Shown one piece after another: positions 8,858 to 14,454 of a stretch of 14,454 bases of DNA. Below the pieces are notes generated by a model that worked only from the letters and a program-made list of their open reading frames with translations, was not told where the DNA came from and made no database searches. Source of the stretch: Fibrobacterales bacterium (lineage in GTDB: Bacteria > Fibrobacterota > Fibrobacteria > Fibrobacterales > JAOPTW01); NCBI GenBank assembly GCA_051532055.1, contig JAOPTX010000044.1:135097-149550 (forward strand), in the 5' to 3' direction. The translations under genes and the position numbers were made by a program. Positions within the stretch are counted from its first letter, which is position 1. Each line of letters begins with the position of its first letter.

Positions 8858-9604
8858 ATGTATAAATTAAGAAAAGATAGCAATACACTAACGGTAGATT
8901 TTGAAAGTAGACTCGATTATATTGATCGTGTGGTACTAGACCTCTCTTATTTTGTATTGAAAAAAGGGGATTTTAATAGAGTTCCCCTTGAACAGGTGAT
9001 ACGAGAGCTCGTATCCAATGCAGTTATTCATGGTAACATTCTTGACAGTAATAAGAATGTAACGGTAACTTTAAAAGCTTTTGCAGGGAGTAGATTTCAA
9101 CTTATCGTGGTTGATGAGGGTTTTGGGCTCTCTCAATCAGACTTAGTGATGGGGGGAGAGAAACCTCAAAAATATATTGGACAAAAAGGACTGGCTTTAG
9201 TGCATCATTTTGCAGATGAAGTTCTTACCGATCCAGCGACAGGAACAGTCTCTCTGTATATTACGCTCTCTCCTGATTTTGAATGGGGACTCATACAGTC
9301 GGATGAAAAACTACTTATTTCTCCCAGTCGAGAAATTACTTCTGATACTCTCCACGAATTTCGTTCAATTCTCTTTGGGTGGCTGAAAAGTGACGTTCCT
9401 GATTGTGAACTCTGTTTGGTCAATTCTCGGGAAATGAGTTCGGAAATTTTGAGTGTCATGATCCTCTTTTCGGTGTATCTCAAGCGATCGCCAAAAGCAA
9501 ATAGTTTTCGGCTCACTGGTGTGTCACCAGAACTCATGACTCTTTTTACCATTTCACATATGATATCTCTATTTAATATCAATCATAAGTACCAATATGC
9601 ATAA
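8858..9604 (+). CDS. RsbW/SpoIIAB-like serine kinase (HATPase_c_2) fused to a C-terminal STAS-like domain
   Basis: N box ELVSNAVIHGN, G1 VVDEGFG and G2-like GQKGLALV, with no His-phosphotransfer domain. The last ~105 aa follow the STAS pattern (EITSDTLHEFRSIL...LCLVNSREMSSEILSVMI...FRLTGVSPELMTLFTISHMISLFNI). Confidence 0.75.
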   Translation: MYKLRKDSNTLTVDFESRLDYIDRVVLDLSYFVLKKGDFNRVPLEQVIRELVSNAVIHGNILDSNKNVTVTLKAFAGSRFQLIVVDEGFGLSQSDLVMGGEKPQKYIGQKGLALVHHFADEVLTDPATGTVSLYITLSPDFEWGLIQSDEKLLISPSREITSDTLHEFRSILFGWLKSDVPDCELCLVNSREMSSEILSVMILFSVYLKRSPKANSFRLTGVSPELMTLFTISHMISLFNINHKYQYA

Positions 9605-9636
9605 ATGGTATAAAAAATGGACCTATGGGTTAGGAA

Positions 9637-9655
9637 TGGGGTAGTGGTTACCCCA
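9637..9655. promoter_or_regulatory. Perfect inverted repeat TGGGGTA-N5-TACCCCA, candidate regulator binding site
   Basis: GC-rich palindrome in an AT-rich intergenic region upstream of the PAS-LuxR gene. The same heptamer recurs at 10733 and 10744. Confidence 0.5.
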
Positions 9656-9791
9656 GTTTAACATCATTTAAAGAGGTTAAAATGTTGCTAATTTTATCGA
9701 ATTATAAATTATAAATGGAAACATATTCCTAGGTCATTTTGACTTGTTTGATATCTGTTCCATCGTTAAAAATAGAGATATTTTGCTTTGA

Positions 9792-10700
9792 TTGGACTAT
9801 GTGGAGGAATGCTTGAGTAGAGTGGAAGAAAATTTTGACAAAAACTATTCTTTATTAGAGATGGCTGTAAAGGAAGCGAATACAGGAATCGCTATTTATG
9901 AAATAAAAAATGAGAATCCTTTACAACTCACCTATTTTATGGCGAGTAAAGGGTTTTTATCTATAACTGGTTATGAAGAAGCAGAGCTTTCATTAAAGGC
10001 TCATGGTATTTTTGGTGAACTTTATAGTGATAGTAGTGCGTCAATATTCAATACACTCATTTCAGAAAATCGTACTCACGATGACCTACAGATAGAATTA
10101 ACGAGAAAATGCGGGGATATTCGGCATGTACAGGCCTCAGCTCAAAAAATAATTTGTACCTATGGCTCATTTTTGGTAAAAACTATAACTGACATTTCTG
10201 AACTCCAGAAAGTGCAGTTGAAAATACTTAAGAAGAATAAAAATCTTCTTGAAGAAAATGAGAAACTAGAACGTCAGGGAGATGCTGCGGTTAATGTAAT
10301 TGAATCGATGGCTGAAGAGCGTAAAAAGAGTCAAGCACGGATATATACCTCTGTTGTACAGCTTCTTGAGCCCGCAATTCACAATTTGAAATTTAACAAC
10401 TTATCAAAAGAAGAGATGGTGACTCTCCTAGAGTCTATTACACTTTCGCTTTCTGGTTTAGGTAGTGAAAAAATTCAGAGTGCTTTAAGGGTACTCTCTG
10501 CTAAAGAACTCGAAATGGCTCATTTAATTCGGCAGGGCTACGCATCAAAAGAGATTGCGAGATTTATGAATGTAGGACATCAGACCGTTTCCTCTTATCG
10601 TAAAAATGTTCGTAAAAAGTTGGGGATTCAGAATGCATCCATTAATTTGAGAGAGTACCTTGTCGAGCTCTTTGAAAAAGGTGACTCTGAAGATGGTTAA
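9792..10700 (+). CDS. PAS-domain, coiled-coil, LuxR/GerE-type HTH transcriptional regulator
   Basis: PAS features (GIAIY, FLSITGYEEAEL, ITDISE), a central coiled coil, and a C-terminal LSAKELEMAHLIRQGYASKEIARFMNVGHQTVSSYRKNVRKKLG LuxR HTH. TTG start uncertain. Confidence 0.9.
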   Translation: MDYVEECLSRVEENFDKNYSLLEMAVKEANTGIAIYEIKNENPLQLTYFMASKGFLSITGYEEAELSLKAHGIFGELYSDSSASIFNTLISENRTHDDLQIELTRKCGDIRHVQASAQKIICTYGSFLVKTITDISELQKVQLKILKKNKNLLEENEKLERQGDAAVNVIESMAEERKKSQARIYTSVVQLLEPAIHNLKFNNLSKEEMVTLLESITLSLSGLGSEKIQSALRVLSAKELEMAHLIRQGYASKEIARFMNVGHQTVSSYRKNVRKKLGIQNASINLREYLVELFEKGDSEDG

Positions 10701-10732
10701 TAATATACTAGAGACAATGCGGTATGCTGGAG

Positions 10733-10750
10733 TACCCCATTTTTACCCCA
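10733..10750. promoter_or_regulatory. Direct repeat TACCCCA-TTTT-TACCCCA (11-bp period), candidate regulator site
   Basis: Two exact copies of the heptamer seen at 9649-9655, located about 60 nt upstream of the 81-aa ORF. Confidence 0.45.
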
Positions 10751-10811
10751 ATTAAATAGTACAGGGTTTTGCATTATTTAGTAAAATATCATTATTAAGG
10801 ATTGAAAGAGA

Positions 10812-11057
10812 ATGCTAAAAATTTCAGGATATAATGAATACCATTTTTGGCATAAAGCGGTTGTAGATATGCTCAAAAGGGTTCCCATTTCTGTCAGAGA
10901 GGAAACCAATTGGGATGTGCTCAGTGAACTCGTAGTACTCACTCACCCCGATCGAGTATCCGAGGAATTATATAAAAAATGTAAATCACTCCATGATAGC
11001 CGACTTGATCACCTCCATGCCCAAGTACGACTATTGTTTGTTGATGAAGACGAATAG
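10812..11057 (+). CDS. Hypothetical protein, 81 aa
   Basis: ATG start preceded by purine-rich AAGGATTGAAAGAGA; fills the intergenic gap in the same orientation as its neighbours. No confident family. Confidence 0.6.
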   Translation: MLKISGYNEYHFWHKAVVDMLKRVPISVREETNWDVLSELVVLTHPDRVSEELYKKCKSLHDSRLDHLHAQVRLLFVDEDE

Positions 11058-11199
11058 TTAATCGCTGCTTTTTTGATCTCTTGTTCATCACTTTTTAATC
11101 ATTACTATTTCACTCGATAAATTACCTACAGATCTGTATCTTAGGGGTGATAAGTAGTAGTTTTTTGGGTGAAAATTGCTACATTTTGCTCCAAATTAG

Positions 11200-12327
<1,128 letters not shown>

Positions 12328-12339
12328 GAAGAATGGGTC

Positions 12340-12365
12340 TTCAGGCTGGGTATCCCCAGTCTGAA
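12340..12365 (+). other. Intercistronic stem-loop without a U-tract
   Basis: TTCAGGCTGGG-TATC-CCCAGTCTGAA: 11-bp stem with one G-U pair, between leuB and cimA. Confidence 0.7.
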
Positions 12366-12402
12366 CAATCGGCTTGGGAACCTTTAAATAAACGAGATAT
12401 GT

Positions 12403-13971
12403 ATGACTGTAAAAATATATGATACTACCCTTCGTGATGGTAACCAGGCTCGAGGCCTCTCATTTTCACTTGCAGATAAGTTGATGGCTACTGAAAGACT
12501 CATTGATTTTGGCGTTGATTATATTGAGGGTGGCTGGCCTAACCCCACGAGTGAACTTGATGTGGAGTATTTTAAAAAAGTTAAGTCATTGAATCATCAA
12601 AAAACAAAGATTGCAGCATTTGGTTCAACGCGGCGCCCTAAAAATAGTGTTGAGGATGATGTCATTCTCAATAGCTTGGTGCGCGCAGAGACAGAAGTGA
12701 TTACCATTTTTGGTAAAAGCTGGGACCTTCATGCTACTGATGTTATTCGTGTGGGGCTCGAAGAGAATCTCGAAATGATCGAATCTTCAATTGCCTATCT
12801 TAAGAAATATGCTGATGAAGTATTTTATGATGCTGAACACTTTTTTGATGGGTATAAAGCGAACCCGGAGTATGCACTACAAACATTACTTGCAGCACAA
12901 AAAGGTGGCGCTGATTGTTTGGTACTTGCTGATACAAATGGCGGTATGGCACTTCCTTGGGAATTTAAAGAGATAATTGAATCAGTAAAATCTGCAATTG
13001 ATGTACCCTTTGGAATACATACTCATAACGATACGGGGGCTGCTGTGGTGAATTCTGTCAGTGCTGTGGAGTATGGTGCTCAACAGGTACAAGGAACGAT
13101 TAATGGCTATGGTGAACGGTGTGGAAATGCTAACCTTATAACCATCATTCCTAATCTAGTACTTAAAATGGGTAAGGATCTTACTTGTGCTGAAAACCTT
13201 AAGGATTTACGAAATCTAAGCGTTAATCTCGATGAGATTTTAAACCTCCCTAATGACATACGGGTACCGTATGTTGGTGAAGCAGCTTTTGCTCATAAGG
13301 GTGGTGCTCATGTTGATGGCGTTATGAAAGTACAACACAGCTTTGAGCATATTGATCCGTCACTTGTTGGAAACAATAGAGAATTTATTTTGTCTGATCA
13401 AGCCGGTGGTTCACTAGTTGTTGATCGTCTTAAAGCTGTAGTTCCTGACGTTGATAAAAAAGACCCTGCCGTTAAAGAGCTTCTTGCAGAAGTTAAAGAG
13501 ATGGAGAATGAAGGGTTTCACTTTGAGACTGCAGGTGCCACCTTTGAGTTAATGGCTGCGAAGAAGCTCGGTAAATTTAAACACCCTATTGAAGTGGTGG
13601 GCTATAGAGTGATAGAAGAGCGCCGTGCTAATGGACTTTCGGTGTCGGAGTCTTCTATTAAAATAAGAGTCGATGGTGATGTGAGTCACCGAGTTGCAGA
13701 AGGAGATGGACCGGTTAATGCCCTTGATGGCGCCCTCCGTCTCGCTCTTGAAAAATATTTCCCCTATGTGGGCGAAGTAAAATTAAAAGACTATAAGGTA
13801 CGTGTTTTGGGTGATAATGTTGGTACTGATGCAAAGGTTCGTGTTTGGACAACCTTTGGTGATGGAGATACCACATGGAATACGGCTGGTGTTTCAACCA
13901 ATATTGTTGAGGCGTCATTCACCGCACTGCTCGACGGTTTGAGCTATAAAATTATGAAGGAGAATATCTAA
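12403..13971 (+). CDS. cimA: Citramalate synthase (LeuA-like DRE-TIM enzyme with C-terminal allosteric domain)
   Basis: YDTTLRDGNQ, YIEGGWP, AAFGSTRR, IFGKSWDLH, YDAEHFFDGYK, DTNGG, HTHND, AFAHKGG and AEGDGPVNALD. The GKSWDLH, DAEHFFDG and HKGG motifs mark the bacterial CimA subfamily rather than LeuA. Confidence 0.9.
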   Translation: MTVKIYDTTLRDGNQARGLSFSLADKLMATERLIDFGVDYIEGGWPNPTSELDVEYFKKVKSLNHQKTKIAAFGSTRRPKNSVEDDVILNSLVRAETEVITIFGKSWDLHATDVIRVGLEENLEMIESSIAYLKKYADEVFYDAEHFFDGYKANPEYALQTLLAAQKGGADCLVLADTNGGMALPWEFKEIIESVKSAIDVPFGIHTHNDTGAAVVNSVSAVEYGAQQVQGTINGYGERCGNANLITIIPNLVLKMGKDLTCAENLKDLRNLSVNLDEILNLPNDIRVPYVGEAAFAHKGGAHVDGVMKVQHSFEHIDPSLVGNNREFILSDQAGGSLVVDRLKAVVPDVDKKDPAVKELLAEVKEMENEGFHFETAGATFELMAAKKLGKFKHPIEVVGYRVIEERRANGLSVSESSIKIRVDGDVSHRVAEGDGPVNALDGALRLALEKYFPYVGEVKLKDYKVRVLGDNVGTDAKVRVWTTFGDGDTTWNTAGVSTNIVEASFTALLDGLSYKIMKENI

Positions 13972-14454
13972 TGTCTGATTACGTATATGTAGATGGCGAG
14001 TTTTACGATAAAGATAAAGCAGTAGTATCTGTTTTTGACCATGGGTTCCTCTATGGTGATGGTGTGTTTGAAGGTATTCGTGCCTATAATGGTCGTGTTT
14101 TTAAACTTGATGATCATATTGATCGTCTCTACGATTCAGCAAAAGTAATTGCGTTGAAGGTAGGAATTACTAAAGATGAGATGAAGCAGATCTGTATTGA
14201 TTCATGTGCTAAAAATGGTATTACAGACGGGTATATTCGCCTCATTGTGAGCCGTGGTAAAGGTACGCTTGGCTTAAATCCCTATTTGTGTGAAAAGGCT
14301 TCCATTATTTGTATTGCGGCCTCAATTCAGTTATACGATCCAAAATTCTACGAAGAGGGTCTTAAAATAATTACCGTTCCTACAACACGGAACTACCATG
14401 AAGCACTGAATCCTCGAATCAAGTCATTGAATTATCTTAATAATATTATGGCTA
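13971..14454 (+). CDS. ilvE: Branched-chain amino acid aminotransferase (PLP fold type IV), 5' part, truncated by the window edge
   Basis: Not in the ORF track. Manual translation from ATG 13971, which overlaps the cimA stop as TAATG, gives MSDYVYVDGEFYDKDKAVVSVFDHGFLYGDGVFEGIRAYNGRVFKLDDHIDRLYDSAK...YIRLIVSRG...RIKSLNYLNNIMA, including the PLP-binding Lys motif KSLNY. Confidence 0.95.
   Translation, partial: MSDYVYVDGEFYDKDKAVVSVFDHGFLYGDGVFEGIRAYNGRVFKLDDHIDRLYDSAKVIALKVGITKDEMKQICIDSCAKNGITDGYIRLIVSRGKGTLGLNPYLCEKASIICIAASIQLYDPKFYEEGLKIITVPTTRNYHEALNPRIKSLNYLNNIMA

Noticed and set aside
8787..8870. G7 tract and a 27-codon ORF starting at the TAATG overlap after the receiver gene, considered as a phase-variable fusion to the kinase-STAS gene
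   Set aside because: An in-frame TAA at 8840-8842 blocks any upstream extension of the 8858 frame, so slippage in the G tract cannot create a fusion. The mini-ORF has no other support.
7314..9582. Nested ORFs 7314-7565, 7855-8121 and 9205-9582
   Set aside because: They lie within well-supported genes and have no recognisable motifs.
9606..9620. TGGTAT-led sigma54-like sequence upstream of the PAS-LuxR gene
   Set aside because: It reads GG-N10-GG, lacking the -12 GC and the TTGC context.
11167..11180. TGGGTGAAAATTGC as a sigma54 promoter for leuB
   Set aside because: The GG-to-GC spacing is 9 rather than the required 10.
12403..13971. Calling this gene leuA
   Set aside because: The subfamily motifs GKSWDLH, DAEHFFDG and HKGG match CimA, and the LeuA-type HESGIHQDG motif is absent.

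Overview
This is an AT-rich bacterial chromosomal window. Its backbone is a branched-chain amino-acid biosynthesis region: long-form (class II) ilvC, then leuB-cimA-ilvE, with ilvE running off the right edge and missing from the ORF track. Between ilvC and leuB lies a ~7.6 kb block containing an isochorismatase-family cysteine hydrolase, a probable rhodanese lipoprotein and a signalling cassette. The cassette comprises a soluble multi-PAS histidine kinase, an NtrC-type sigma54 activator, a terminator followed at once by a -24/-12 promoter, a stand-alone receiver, an RsbW-like kinase fused to a STAS-like domain, a PAS-LuxR regulator flanked by TACCCCA boxes, and a small hypothetical gene. Divergent from ilvC are a Ser-linker clan GH-A glycoside hydrolase (probable lipoprotein) and a 104-aa hypothetical gene. 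Two observations stand out. (1) The IlvC cofactor-binding loop lacks two of the NADPH 2'-phosphate ligands and naturally carries Asp at the position equivalent to E. coli R76, suggesting an NADH-shifted class II KARI. (2) The sigma54 activator appears wired to a partner-switching kinase-STAS fusion. No RNA genes, CRISPR arrays or mobile elements were seen. All calls come from motif reading and recalled family knowledge; no searches were run.
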